64,000 nucleotides of DNA, taken from Mycolicibacterium sp. (GTDB lineage Bacteria; Actinomycetota; Actinomycetes; Mycobacteriales; Mycobacteriaceae). The position numbers were made by a program, and so were the translations under genes. Positions within the stretch are counted from its first letter, which is position 1. Every line of letters starts with the position of its first letter. The notes under the pieces are model-generated. The model was not told the origin of the DNA. It ran no database searches and saw only the letters and a list, made by a program, of their open reading frames with translations. Below are positions 1-10,398 of this stretch, piece after piece. The stretch is from the NCBI RefSeq assembly GCF_020637165.1, contig NZ_JACJWN010000007.1; one strand, written 5' to 3'.

Positions 1-209
1 GATTAACTTCGAACAGCCACCATAGTACATATGGAACACTCAGATGGTCGTCGGCGATACGGCTTGCACGGAACGCAACGCGGTTATTGTGAACCTTGAG
101 AGAACACCAGCGAAGTGTCGCAGCCCATGGTGCATTGTCTGGGTGGAATCGGTGCGCCGTCATGGGGTGCGCACTATTTACGAATTCTATGATGAGGTTC
201 GCAACATTA

Positions 210-893
210 ATGAGTAAATCAAATGACTACCATGAATATGTTTTCCGGGACGGAAAGCTGGTTGGAGAATTCGAGGAAATGTATCGAAATAGCGCGATAG
301 TTCCATGGCATCAAGATGAGCAAGCCAATTGGATCGACGTCCGCCTAGCCAAGGAGATGCTTCGAGACACAGGCGGCAGCATAGATCAGATTCACGACTT
401 GGGCTGCGGAACGGGACACTATTTGGACTTGATCGCGCAGGAGTTTCTTCGGCCCGGTGGTGACAGCTTCGGCTACGATATCTCGGAAACTGCGTGCAGA
501 ATGGCCGCAAATAATTTTCCAAACAGCAAATTTTCGGTATTAAATTTAGCCGAACAAAATGCGAGCCGTTGTCTATCAATGCAAACCGCAGGAGCTCCGC
601 AGCTCACCCGATTATTTATGATTCGCGGGACGTTGTGGTACGTATGTCCACATTTGGCAGCTGTAGTTAATAACATCAGGAGCATGATGACCAGTAGAGA
701 CAAGTTGCTTGTCGTCCAAAATTTCCCACCGCTTACGTCGCAGTTTGTAGGCAAGGAAATTATTCCTGATCACCTTTCCTTGGTGGAGCATTTCTCTCCA
801 CGCTTTGCTTTGGACCGGCACATCTGGTACGAAAGGGCTGATAGCACATCGAACGACAACTGGTTTATAGGGATATTCTCGCCAAAATGCTGA
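210..893 (+). CDS. Class I SAM-dependent methyltransferase
   Basis: Motif I DLGCGTG; ORF is open from 96, ATG at 210 (MSKSNDY) is the likelier start. Confidence 0.75.
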   Translation: MSKSNDYHEYVFRDGKLVGEFEEMYRNSAIVPWHQDEQANWIDVRLAKEMLRDTGGSIDQIHDLGCGTGHYLDLIAQEFLRPGGDSFGYDISETACRMAANNFPNSKFSVLNLAEQNASRCLSMQTAGAPQLTRLFMIRGTLWYVCPHLAAVVNNIRSMMTSRDKLLVVQNFPPLTSQFVGKEIIPDHLSLVEHFSPRFALDRHIWYERADSTSNDNWFIGIFSPKC

Positions 894-1240
894 GGTTGAC
901 TGAAAGAGCCGGACAATTTCGCGGTCAGTTATCTCTGGAGGTGGAAACGAAATGGAACGGTCCACTATCTGGGACCGGTCAGTCGACATCGTGGAGCGGA
1001 TCAGTGTCTTGCGACCGGGATAGGGCTGAAGGCGCCCTCGCCACTGGCAACCAGGCCCGATTCGTCCTGGGGAATGGTTCTAGCTTCGGCCTTCGTGAAC
1101 AGAGTTGCTGCGAGATCTCGCGAAGTTGCAATCAGCGGCAGCGGGCCCGCTAAGGTTCGGCGGGCCACTTGGCCAACAGTCGCGAGTGCCCGCCGAAATG
1201 GCTGGCGCGTTCTTAGGATTCGCATCGAAAGGATTGAGGG

Positions 1241-1819
1241 TTGAGAACCGTCGAGGAGATCGTCGCAGAGACGATCGCGGTCAAGTCGTCCATCCTCAAC
1301 GATCCAGCCTTGCTGGATACTGTCCGCGCAGTCGGGGACCACTTGATCTCAGGCTTCCGGGGGGGAGCACGTGTCTTCACGTGCGGTAATGGCGGTAGCG
1401 CAGCAGACGCGCAACATTTTGCAGCAGAATTGACAGGTCACTTCATCTTCGATCGCCCACCCTTGGGCGCCGAGGTGCTCCACGGAAATGCGTCACATGT
1501 AACTGCGGTCGCCAACGACTACGAGTACGACGTTGTTTTCGCTAGAGCCCTCCAAGGCTCCGCTCGCCCGGGTGACACGTTGGTGGCAATCAGTACATCA
1601 GGTAATTCTCCGAATGTACTTCGGGCGGCGGCAATCGCAAGGGAATTAGGCGTAACAGTCGTTGCGATGACAGGCGAGTCCGGCGGGAAACTGGCCGGGC
1701 TCGCGGATTTCTTGATCAACGTTCCCTCAAGTGACACTGGACGAATTCAGGAGTCCCACATCGTCTTGATTCATGCAATCTCCGAGCATGTCGAATACGC
1801 ACTCTTCGCACCTGAGTAG
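1241..1819 (+). CDS. gmhA: Phosphoheptose (sedoheptulose-7-P) isomerase, SIS fold
   Basis: [24 protein letters not shown] and IQESH motifs; TTG start. Confidence 0.9.
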   Translation: MRTVEEIVAETIAVKSSILNDPALLDTVRAVGDHLISGFRGGARVFTCGNGGSAADAQHFAAELTGHFIFDRPPLGAEVLHGNASHVTAVANDYEYDVVFARALQGSARPGDTLVAISTSGNSPNVLRAAAIARELGVTVVAMTGESGGKLAGLADFLINVPSSDTGRIQESHIVLIHAISEHVEYALFAPE

Positions 1820-1859
1820 CAGCGACACGGCCCGCTGCGCTGCTGTTCGCAAGCTTGTC

Positions 1860-2450
1860 ATGGAACGGGCCGGCCGCCAGTGGTGTCTATTCGTTGATCG
1901 TGATGGGGTTATCAACCGCCGGATAGCCGGTGACTACGTACGAAGGTGGAGTGACTTTGAATGGCTTCGTCGGGCGCCGCTCGCTTTAGAAAGGCTTAGG
2001 GAATGGGCCCCGCAACTAGTTGTAGTGACGAACCAGCAGGGAATCGGCAAAGGCCTGGTAACACGCAAAGATCTGGAAGATATTCACCAGAAATTGCAAC
2101 TGGAGCTAGCGGAATACGGTGTAAAAATCGATGCGATTCAGGTGTGCCCGCATCTTCAATCTCTGGGGTGCGCCTGCCGAAAGCCGAAGCCGGGGCTTAT
2201 CCTCGACTGGCTGAAACGATGCCCTAACATCGACCAGTCTCTCAGCGTAATGGTGGGAGACAGCCAGAGTGACATCGAGTTAGCACACCAGGTCGCCGCT
2301 GAGACGGGCGGGTGTGCCAGCATCAGGATTGGGCGGTGCACCAGTCGGGGTGCGGCCGCTGACGCATCATTTCAGAGCCTTTGGGAATTCGCGGCTGCAG
2401 TAGAGTGCGCACGGGATGATCAGGGTCATAATCGGGCAGGACTTGACTGA
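1860..2450 (+). CDS. gmhB: D,D-heptose 1,7-bisphosphate phosphatase (HAD-IIIA)
   Basis: DRDGVIN, VTNQQGIG, CPH, CxCRKPKPG and MVGD motifs; follows gmhA; stop codon coincides with an IS-end stub. Confidence 0.85.
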   Translation: MERAGRQWCLFVDRDGVINRRIAGDYVRRWSDFEWLRRAPLALERLREWAPQLVVVTNQQGIGKGLVTRKDLEDIHQKLQLELAEYGVKIDAIQVCPHLQSLGCACRKPKPGLILDWLKRCPNIDQSLSVMVGDSQSDIELAHQVAAETGGCASIRIGRCTSRGAAADASFQSLWEFAAAVECARDDQGHNRAGLD

Positions 2451-2463
2451 ATCGCCTGTAAGT
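2448..2463 (+). mobile_element. Stub: IS3-type IR start (TGAATCGCC) joined to IS110 left-end start (TGTAAGT)
   Basis: Same 16-mer occurs at 17090-17105 and a variant at 17365-17380. Confidence 0.55.
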
Positions 2464-2465
2464 GT

Positions 2466-2581
2466 CCCGACTTTGCTCAAATTAGTGCGCACTGTGTTGT
2501 GGCGGTGGATTTCGGTGAGGGCGTGGGCGAGGTCGTCGGGGATGGGGTCGGCGGCGGTGAGGGTGTGTTCTCCGGTTTGGA
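2466..2581 (-). mobile_element. IS1634-family right-end remnant
   Basis: CCCGACTT end; minus strand reads ..HTLTAADPIPDDLAHAL.., a transposase C-terminus; similar end at 40231. Confidence 0.65.
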
Positions 2582-4338
2582 CCTGACTTAGGACACTTCC
2601 GCGGAATTCCAGAGGCGAAATCGCTCTGAACTTTGCGTTTGTTTGTCGGGCGGGGCGTTTTGGCTTACTAAGCGGGTAGGGTCCGGTGGGTGTTCGTGCG
2701 CAAAGTGCGCACCGCCTCGGGCGCGGTGGCGGTGCAGGTGATGCGCAAGGTAGGCCGCCGTGACGTGCTGGTCGAGCATGTCGGTTCCGCCCATACCGAT
2801 GCTGAGCTGGGGATTCTGTTGGAGCGTGCCCGCCGGATCGCTACCGGCGACCAAGAGGCGCTGGACTTCGAGGTGCCGGCTCGCGTGCAGCGGGTCGCCG
2901 ACGTGGCGGACTGGCGGACCGGCACGTTGACGTTGGCGGCCGGTGTCCCCAAGGGAGCGGTCGTTGCTCCCGGTCGCACCGCGGCCACCAGCTCGCGGCT
3001 GCTCTATGACGTGCTCGGTGCGATCTATGACTGGGTCGGATTCGACTGCGTCGGTGATGCGGTGTTCCGGGACTTGGTGATCGCCCGGATCGTGGAACCC
3101 ACCAGCAAGGTCGACTCCTTGCGGGTGCTGGCCGATCTGGGTGCAGAAGCCATGTCGTACAGAACAATCCAGCGTCACCTGGGCAAGGTCGTCACCGGCA
3201 AGTACCGCGACGTGATCGCCGCACGCTGCTTTGAACACGCCGCAAACCGGGGCGGGTTGAGCCTTCTGCTCTACGACGTCACCACCTTGTACTTCGAGGC
3301 CGAGAACGAAGACGCCCTGCGCAAGGTCGGCTACTCCAAAGAGCGCAGAGTCGACCCGCAGATCGTGGTCGGCCTGCTGGTCGATCGCACCGGATTCCCC
3401 CTGGAAATCGGCTGCTTTGAGGGCAACACCGCCGAGACCACCACCTTGGTGCCGACCATCACCGCCTTCGCCGATCGCCACGACCTGACCGGCACCCCGA
3501 TCGTCGTCGCTGCCGATGCCGGCATGCTCTCGGCGACCAACCTCACCGCCCTGGATGAGGCCGGTCTGGGGTTCATCGTCGGCTCCCGAGCCGTCAAGGC
3601 GCCGATCGATCTGGAACCGCACTTCCATTGGAACGGTGATGTTTTCACCGACGGGCAGATCATTGACACCGTCACACCCCGGCACGCCCGAAGCAAGGTC
3701 AACGACACCGCCCATCGCGCCGAGCCGGTCTGGAACCCCGAGACCGACACAGCTGCGTGGCGGGCGATCTGGGCCTACTCGGCCAAACGCGCCCGGCGCG
3801 ATCAGAAGACCCTCTACGCCCAGGAGACCCGCGCCCGGGAGGTGATCAACGGCGAGCGCACCGTCAAGTCCACCCGCTTCGTCAAAACCCACGCCGGGGA
3901 CCGCGTCTTCGACGAGGCCAGCCTGGCCCGCGCCCAATCCCTGGTCGGGCTGAAGGGCTATGTCACCAACCTGCCGGCCGCCGTCATGCCCGCCACCGAA
4001 GTCATCGCGAAATACCACGACCTCTGGAACGTCGAGAAGTCGTTTCGCATGCCCAAGACCGACCTCGCGGCCCGACCCATGTTCCACCGCACCCGCGACG
4101 CCATCGAAGCCCACCTGATTATTGTGTTCACCGCCCTGGCCGTGGCGCACTGCATCCAGGAACGCAGCGGCCTGGCCATCGCCAACGTTGTCAAACAGCT
4201 GCGGCCCCTGCGGTCAGCGACCATCACGATCAACGGCGCGACCCAGACCTTCCCACCCGACATCGCAGAACCCCAACGGAAAATCCTGGCCGCCCTCGGC
4301 ATCAACATGGCTTACTAAGCCAAATGTCCTAACTCAGG
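2582..4338 (+). mobile_element. IS1634-family (IS1549-like) element, full length
   Basis: IRs CCTGACTTAGGACA / CCTGAGTTAGGACA; no flanking direct repeat seen. Confidence 0.9.
2690..4318 (+). CDS. IS1634-family transposase
   Basis: 542 aa; LYDVTTLYFE, GYSKERR, VADAGMLS, LWNVEKSFR motifs. Confidence 0.9.
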   Translation: MFVRKVRTASGAVAVQVMRKVGRRDVLVEHVGSAHTDAELGILLERARRIATGDQEALDFEVPARVQRVADVADWRTGTLTLAAGVPKGAVVAPGRTAATSSRLLYDVLGAIYDWVGFDCVGDAVFRDLVIARIVEPTSKVDSLRVLADLGAEAMSYRTIQRHLGKVVTGKYRDVIAARCFEHAANRGGLSLLLYDVTTLYFEAENEDALRKVGYSKERRVDPQIVVGLLVDRTGFPLEIGCFEGNTAETTTLVPTITAFADRHDLTGTPIVVAADAGMLSATNLTALDEAGLGFIVGSRAVKAPIDLEPHFHWNGDVFTDGQIIDTVTPRHARSKVNDTAHRAEPVWNPETDTAAWRAIWAYSAKRARRDQKTLYAQETRAREVINGERTVKSTRFVKTHAGDRVFDEASLARAQSLVGLKGYVTNLPAAVMPATEVIAKYHDLWNVEKSFRMPKTDLAARPMFHRTRDAIEAHLIIVFTALAVAHCIQERSGLAIANVVKQLRPLRSATITINGATQTFPPDIAEPQRKILAALGINMAY

Positions 4339-4435
4339 CCATAGGGGCATCCTCTCCTGCCGGGGCATCGCCCAGCCGGTCAGGATGTCCACCAAACGGG
4401 GGTAACCCCAACCTTGGACCAACAACACGGGTACA
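4339..4435 (-). mobile_element. IS left-end remnant (IS3-like)
   Basis: 21-mer TGGACCAACAACACGGGTACA (4415-4435) is identical to 23780-23800, which precedes an IS3 orfA remnant. Confidence 0.5.
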
Positions 4436-4479
4436 GATCTGGTGGAACGAATATCGGGCCCGGTCACATAGTCCATCGG

Positions 4480-5893
4480 GTTCATGTCCCGGGGTGTGGT
4501 GTAAGTAGTGGCGGCGTGTCGGTCGTGATGTGAGAGGGCCATCGCGGGAGTCTCTGTGGTGAAACGACCAAGAATCACTACCGAGAGGAACACCGCGATG
4601 GCCCTGGATCAGTCTGCCTTGTTGGAGGTGCTCGATGCACTGCGCACCGCCGATGCCGGTGAGCGGATCACCCAAGCCTGCGAGGTCGTCTATCAAGCGC
4701 TGATCGACGCCGAGCTGACCGCCAAGATCGGCGCCGCCGCCCATGAGCGCACCCAGACCCGCACCAATCAGCGCAACGGCTCACGGCCGCGCACCTTGTC
4801 CACCGTCGCCGGGGACCTGGAGTTGCGGATCCCCAAGCTGCGCAGCGGGTCGTTCTTCCCGGCGCTGCTCGAGCGGCGCCGCCGGGTCGATCAGTGCCTG
4901 TTCGCGGTGGTGATGGAGGCCTACCTGCATGGCACCTCGACCCGCAAGGTCGACGATCTGGTCAAGGCCCTCGGCGCCGATAGCGGGATCTCCAAGAGCG
5001 AGGTGTCCCGGATCTGCAAGGACCTCGACACCGAGGTCGCCGCCTTCCGCGACCGGCCGCTGGGTGAGCAGCGCTTCCCCTATGTGTTCCTCGATGCCAC
5101 CTACTGCAAGGCCCGGGTCAACCACCGCGTGGTCTCCCAGGCGGTGGTCATCGCCACCGGAGTCGCCGCCGACGGCCGCCGCGAGGTGCTGGGCTTTGAC
5201 GTCGGCGACAGCGAGGACGGGGCGTTCTGGACGGCGTTTCTGCGGTCGCTGAAGTCCCGCGGCCTAACCGGAGTCCAGCTGGTCATCTCCGACGCCCACG
5301 CCGGGCTACGGGCCGCCATCGAGGCCGTGCTGATCGGATCCTCGTGGCAACGATGCCGGGTCCATTTCCTGCGCAACCTGCTGGCCCAGGTCCCCAAGGG
5401 ATCGGCGGAAATGGTGGCCGCGGCGATCCGCACCATCTTCGCCCAACCCGACGCCGAGCACGTCCGGGAACAACTCGACACCATCGCCGGCATGCTCGGG
5501 CGGCAATTCCCCAAAGTCGAAACCATGCTGCGGGAGGCCGCCACCGACATCACCGCCTTCGCCGACTTCCCCGTGCCGCATTGGAAGAAGATCTGGTCGA
5601 CCAATCCCTTGGAGCGGTTGAACAAGGAAATCAAGCGCCGCACCGACGTCGTCGGGGTCTTTCCCAACCCCGCCGCCCTGCTACGCCTGGCCGGCTCGGT
5701 CCTGGTCGAGGCCCACGACGAATGGCAAGTCGCCGACAAACGCTACCTGTCCGAAACCAGCCTCGCTCTACTCCAGATCAGCGACCCCAGCAGCGAAACC
5801 GTTGCCCCCACAACCGCTCTCACGGCATAGTGACAACCACAGAGCCTCACGCGAACACGCGACCGCTCTTACACCACGCCACGGGACGTGACC
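4480..5893 (+). mobile_element. IS256-family element A, copy 1 (1414 bp)
   Basis: Imperfect IRs GTTCATGTCCCGGGGTGTGGTGTAAG / GGTCACGTCCCGTGGCGTGGTGTAAG; identical inverted copy at 27616-29029. Confidence 0.92.
4598..5830 (+). CDS. IS256-family (mutator) transposase
   Basis: YVFLDATY, VISDAHAGL, WQRCRVHF, STNPLERLNKEIKRRT motifs. Confidence 0.92.
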   Translation: MALDQSALLEVLDALRTADAGERITQACEVVYQALIDAELTAKIGAAAHERTQTRTNQRNGSRPRTLSTVAGDLELRIPKLRSGSFFPALLERRRRVDQCLFAVVMEAYLHGTSTRKVDDLVKALGADSGISKSEVSRICKDLDTEVAAFRDRPLGEQRFPYVFLDATYCKARVNHRVVSQAVVIATGVAADGRREVLGFDVGDSEDGAFWTAFLRSLKSRGLTGVQLVISDAHAGLRAAIEAVLIGSSWQRCRVHFLRNLLAQVPKGSAEMVAAAIRTIFAQPDAEHVREQLDTIAGMLGRQFPKVETMLREAATDITAFADFPVPHWKKIWSTNPLERLNKEIKRRTDVVGVFPNPAALLRLAGSVLVEAHDEWQVADKRYLSETSLALLQISDPSSETVAPTTALTA

Positions 5894-5894
5894 G

Positions 5895-6650
5895 TCATCG
5901 GTGCGTCTGACCACCATCGAGCGTCCAGACCTGCCCCGTGGCAAACTTACTCCGTGGCGACGCTAGGTAGGTGACTAAATTAGCAACATCGTCGGGCGAA
6001 CCCAGGGATCTGAGCGACACATCACGTTGCAACATAGCTTCAACAGATTGCTTGTCTTCCGCAAGTCTCCCTGACCACACTGAGCCATCAAACAGAATAT
6101 TTCCTGGAGCAACAGCATTGATCCGCACCCCATCTTTGCCTAATGGACGCGCGATACCGCGGACATAGGCGTGGAGGGCAGCCTTCGCAGCGGAATAGGT
6201 TACAGGTGCCCCATGGATCACCTCAATCCCGCAAATCGAGGAAATGCAGACGATAACACCCCGGCTCGCAACGAGGCTTTCTCTAGCTGCTTCGATAGTA
6301 TTTGTTGCACTCCAGAGGTTCAGGGCGAAGACGCGCTGCCACTCCTCTGGTGTCTCATTCCCCGGCTGGACCGACCGGCCGCTTCCTACGTTGCATACGA
6401 GGACGTCAAGACCCCTGAAGGCGGCGATGGCTTCCGCGACGACGCTTTGCGCTCCTAGCGGTTGGGTAACGTCGCCAGGAATTCCGATGGCGCCTTGCAG
6501 GCGGGAGGCAGATCGCGCGAGATCGTTGGCATTGCGCCCGTTCAGTGCAACGCGGCAGCCTTCAGCGTGCAACACTTCTGCAATCGTCCGACCGATTCCC
6601 TTCGAAGAACCAGTGACTAGGGCCGACTTTCCAGCTAAGTCAAATTTCAT
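5895..6650 (-). CDS. SDR-family oxidoreductase
   Basis: TGSSKGIG, YSAAK and NAVAPG motifs. Confidence 0.88.
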   Translation of the reverse strand: MKFDLAGKSALVTGSSKGIGRTIAEVLHAEGCRVALNGRNANDLARSASRLQGAIGIPGDVTQPLGAQSVVAEAIAAFRGLDVLVCNVGSGRSVQPGNETPEEWQRVFALNLWSATNTIEAARESLVASRGVIVCISSICGIEVIHGAPVTYSAAKAALHAYVRGIARPLGKDGVRINAVAPGNILFDGSVWSGRLAEDKQSVEAMLQRDVSLRSLGSPDDVANLVTYLASPRSKFATGQVWTLDGGQTHR

Positions 6651-6695
6651 AGCGCTTGGGCCGGAGCGAGTAAGATATCAATGATTGGCCTGCAG

Positions 6696-7544
6696 TCATT
6701 CCGTTACTCCCAAACCGGATTGGCTTATCCAGCCCCTGGTCATCTCGTAGTAGCTGCCCAACACACCCGCATGGTCCGCATCCACTGCCCGAGCCGTTTG
6801 TAATATGAAGTTTCCTCGGTAATTCACGTTGGCCAGTTGTTCGAATACTAATTCGAATTGCGCGGCGCCAGTTTTCAGCGGAACGGTCGTCCCGCCTAAC
6901 ATCCTGTCTTTCACATGCACATTCAGTACCCGGGTTCCGTAGGCCGCGAATTCCGCAACTGGGTCAAACCCAAGCGCAGCGCTGTTACCGATATCGTAAT
7001 TGACCCCAAATTGTTCGATTGGTAGGCGTTCAATTAACCGCCCCAATTCTTCTGGCCCGTAATCTGACTCCAAGATCACCTGGATATTTTGCTCCGCGAA
7101 CAGTTGTTGTTGAGACAAAAGGAACTCCACCAGTTCGTCTTCTTGTGCCGTATTATCTAGGCTTCCGCAGTCAACCAATGGCACTACCACCAACCGCACG
7201 CCCATTAATGAGCAGGCGTTGCAGACAGCCAGAAAATCTGCCTTGCGGTTAGCCGCGACTTCCCAAGTGTCCTTCCAGAATGGCGCCTGCATGAAGCAGT
7301 CTCCGGTGAGCGACGGAATAGCGATCGGATATTCGACCTGGAGGCCATGGATTCGTGCCCTGCCTTCAGCCGTCATGAGAGGATTCTTGAGCAAGCATTC
7401 CTGATCCAGCGTCCATTCCATGGCGTGGATCCCAAGCGCCGTTGCGGCAGGGAATTCTTCTTCCCACGCACGCCACGGAAAGGCTTGGATTTTGCCCCCG
7501 ACCTGGTCGCAAAGACGGCCTTGCATGAATCCGATCTGATGCAT
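6696..7544 (-). CDS. Sugar-phosphate isomerase/epimerase, xylose-isomerase-like TIM barrel
   Basis: IGFMQGRL, NYDIGN, VHVKD; ATG at 7544 overlaps the upstream TGA (ATGA coupling). Confidence 0.8.
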   Translation of the reverse strand: MHQIGFMQGRLCDQVGGKIQAFPWRAWEEEFPAATALGIHAMEWTLDQECLLKNPLMTAEGRARIHGLQVEYPIAIPSLTGDCFMQAPFWKDTWEVAANRKADFLAVCNACSLMGVRLVVVPLVDCGSLDNTAQEDELVEFLLSQQQLFAEQNIQVILESDYGPEELGRLIERLPIEQFGVNYDIGNSAALGFDPVAEFAAYGTRVLNVHVKDRMLGGTTVPLKTGAAQFELVFEQLANVNYRGNFILQTARAVDADHAGVLGSYYEMTRGWISQSGLGVTE

Positions 7545-8521
7545 CACTTGCTCTTGAAGCGATACGGGGTTGGAGCATCGCGAGAGTCGGAACCAACCCG
7601 TTCTCTGTCCCACCGCTTGATCTGGCTGGCGATGTCGACGCCGGTGTTCTCGCTCCACTGACTCAAAAGGCGGTTGAATTCATCGCCCACATTTCCGGTA
7701 CCGATGGCAATTCCGTTGAGTGAGGTCACCGGCAGCATGCAGAACGGCGTGCCCGTCATAAAGGCCTCGTCGGCCGTGTAGACATCGTAGGCGTCGATAT
7801 TCCTCTCCACAACCGGCATGCCCGATTGCGGACCTAGTTCCTTGATTACATACTCGCGAGAGATACCGCGGAGTATGTTGCGCCCCTCGGGCGTGATAAC
7901 AACACCGTCCTTGACGATAAAGAAGTTGTCGCCGCTGCCTTCGGCGATGAAGCCTTCAGGGTCCAAGAGCAGCGCCCAGTTGTTGTCGCCTTTAGCCTGA
8001 CCAGCTTCAATGTTCGCCATCAGGTAGTGAATGCGGCTGCGGTTCTTAATCTTCGGATCAAGCAGATAACTGGGAATGGCACGCTGTGAGGTGATAACTG
8101 CGTTGATACCTTCATCGAACAGTGTGCCCATGGTAGCCACAGTCCAGCGTAGCGGAAAATCCGCGATAATCACATTAGGCCCCTTGTGCAAGCCTTCTAT
8201 TCCCTGATAGATCCCAAGAAGGCCGCGGGATACGTCGATCATCAGGCGGTGCTCGTCATCTTCCCGGAACAGGTGATCGTTAGCCTCTATAGTCTCGTAG
8301 CAGGCCAGTTCCATCTCACCAGGCGTCATTTGCAGTGGAATGCGCAGTATTTTCAACCCGGCATAGAGGCGGTCGATGTGTTCGCGCAGCTTGAACTGGT
8401 TTTTGTTGAAAGACCGGGTCATTTCGAAAACCATGTCCCCGAACATCAGCGCCGAATCGTATACGGAAATTTTTGCTTCCGTCTCCGGAATCAACTCACC
8501 GTTGAAGTAGATCTTGCGCAT
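7544..8521 (-). CDS. PLP-dependent aminotransferase class IV (fold type IV)
   Basis: KISVYDSALMFGDMVFE, FIAEGSGDNFF, ILRGISR, ADEAFMTGT. Confidence 0.88.
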   Translation of the reverse strand: MRKIYFNGELIPETEAKISVYDSALMFGDMVFEMTRSFNKNQFKLREHIDRLYAGLKILRIPLQMTPGEMELACYETIEANDHLFREDDEHRLMIDVSRGLLGIYQGIEGLHKGPNVIIADFPLRWTVATMGTLFDEGINAVITSQRAIPSYLLDPKIKNRSRIHYLMANIEAGQAKGDNNWALLLDPEGFIAEGSGDNFFIVKDGVVITPEGRNILRGISREYVIKELGPQSGMPVVERNIDAYDVYTADEAFMTGTPFCMLPVTSLNGIAIGTGNVGDEFNRLLSQWSENTGVDIASQIKRWDRERVGSDSRDAPTPYRFKSK

Positions 8522-9277
8522 TTAGTACGTCTCTCGGTTTCTAGATTTTTTGTACACATCGTCGTACCACCGGATCGTATCGGTGATATGGAATTCAGGA
8601 TTGCGAGGATAGAGGTATTCGTAGAGCGCGCGCATGAACTCGTACTGCGCAGGTGTATTGACGTCCAAAACCAGGTCCGGCCGGCGGAAGCCCTCTGGGC
8701 ATCTAACCGTACTTACCGGGCACCAGTCCGCATCCACGGGCCGGCCTGCGCTGTAGTCGAAGAAGTTCAAGTGGACGTGTTCCCGCTGACGGGGATCGTT
8801 GTGCCGAACGCGCGCCTCCGCAAGGAGTGAGAAGTCGAACATTTCGGCTCCGATCCCGTCCGGGTATTCGGAGTCGCCTATCTGCGACAAGTTCGATGAA
8901 AACCCACGTCTCCCGAGGGACAGATGGAAGTCAACAATGCGGTCAATTTCGCCAGGTTCGGGTGTCGCATTATCCGCCGGCAGGCGCCCGACTACGTCCG
9001 CGTTTGAAAAGAGTGCGGCCTGATAATAGCGTTCGACTAAGTCGTTTTCCGAGCCGGCAAAGACCTTCACGCCGTAGTTAACGCCTAATTCCACCAACAC
9101 CCGATTCGCCTCAGTGTCGGGCACTGCCAGTACAATGTCGTCCAGATGGGCACATCGCTTCACGCGTTCGAGAATCCGGCCGACCAAGGGGGCGCCAGCA
9201 AGATCCATCATAGATTTGCCCGGTAGCCGGTGCGAATCCATCCGTGCCTGAACAATCAACACAACACGAGGCCTCAC
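8522..9277 (-). CDS. SpsF-like cytidylyltransferase (CTP_transf_3 / CMP-ulosonate synthetase fold)
   Basis: IVQARMDSHRLPGKSM, GSENDLVERY, RLPADN. Confidence 0.8.
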   Translation of the reverse strand: MRPRVVLIVQARMDSHRLPGKSMMDLAGAPLVGRILERVKRCAHLDDIVLAVPDTEANRVLVELGVNYGVKVFAGSENDLVERYYQAALFSNADVVGRLPADNATPEPGEIDRIVDFHLSLGRRGFSSNLSQIGDSEYPDGIGAEMFDFSLLAEARVRHNDPRQREHVHLNFFDYSAGRPVDADWCPVSTVRCPEGFRRPDLVLDVNTPAQYEFMRALYEYLYPRNPEFHITDTIRWYDDVYKKSRNRETY

Positions 9278-9420
9278 TTACTGCCCCTAGGAGAAGCCGC
9301 AAGTGGGTTCATCAGAGCTAGTGCAAACATGATGGAGCGCTCCTCAACCTTTGCGTTTCAATGTAGCTTATGCGCAAACGGTGGGGCTATTGAACCACCC
9401 CGGCTTTCATGCACACTCGG

Positions 9421-10385
9421 TTACTGGTGTGCCTCCGTCTTGGTGGCCGCTTGCTGAGTGTAGTAGCGGGCCTCGAACTCCACTGGGGGTGTGCGGTCGA
9501 GGCGGTGCATGATCCTGCTGGTGTTGTACCAGTGGACCCATTCGGCGGTGAGCAGCTCGACGTCGGCCAGCCTGTTGAGCGGACCCCGTCGAAACGGTGA
9601 GTCCGCGCGGACGGCTTCGGTCTTGTACAGACCGATCGTGGTCTCGGCCAGGGCGTTGTCGTAGGCGTCCCCGAGCGAGCCGATGGAGGGCTTGAGGCCG
9701 GCAATCAGCAGGGCCTCGGCGCACTTCACCGCAGTGTATTGACTGCCCGCATCGCTGTGGTGAATAGTGCTGCCCGTCAACGGTTTTCCCTCGCGAAACC
9801 GGCTTGCGGCGGCGTGGCGGATCGCACGCTCAACGAACCCGACATGCTTGGCTGCCGAGCATTCCCAGCCCACGATCCGCCCGGCGAAGGCGTCGATGAC
9901 GAACGCAGTGTAGACGAAGCTCCCGCACGTCAGCCTGACGTAGGTGAAGTCGGCCACGACCAGCATGTTGGGGGCGGGCACCCGGAACTGGCGGTCCTCC
10001 AGGTCCGGCGGGCGCACCGCATCCGGATCGGCGATCGTGGTGCGGACCCGCTTGGTCCGGGTGACCCCCTGCCGGCCGTTGGCCCGCATCAACCTCTCCA
10101 CGGTGCAGCGGGCCACCTCGATGCCCTGTCGCTGCAGGTAGGCCTACATCTTGGTGGCCCCGTACAGCGACTCGGGCTTGCGGCGGCCGTCCCGTCAGGT
10201 TCGTAGTAGCCGGCCAGGATCTCGGTGATGGCGGTGTCCCACAGTTCCCGTTTCGACGGGGCCCGGTGGCGGCCAGGCGTAATAGGTTCTCGGAGCGATC
10301 GTGCACCCGTGTTCAGACAGGGTGCGGCAGATCGGAGCGACTCCGAAACGAGCGCGGTGCTCATCGATGAACCCGCAGATCAACG
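9421..10385 (-). pseudogene. IS3-A orfB integrase, disrupted
   Basis: VADFTYV, HSDAGSQY, NALAET; in-frame stop (YGATKM*AYLQ) near 10145 plus frameshifts. Confidence 0.75.
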
Positions 10386-10398
10386 CAGTCGCGGGTCG

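Noticed and set aside
887-1240. Small ORFs between the methyltransferase and gmhA
   Set aside because: No recognisable motifs; could be a gene remnant but cannot be supported
2414-2450. Possible truncated next-gene start (MIRVIIG..) overlapping the gmhB end
   Set aside because: Too short and does not match the RAPLR motif of HddA
2588-4150. 520-aa antisense ORF and similar antisense ORFs over the other transposases, the RT and the ABC1 kinase
   Set aside because: Antisense to recognisable genes, with no motifs of their own
4472-5901. TSD for IS256-A copy 1 (TCCATCGG vs GTCATCGG)
   Set aside because: Only 6/8 match and the flanks have different origins
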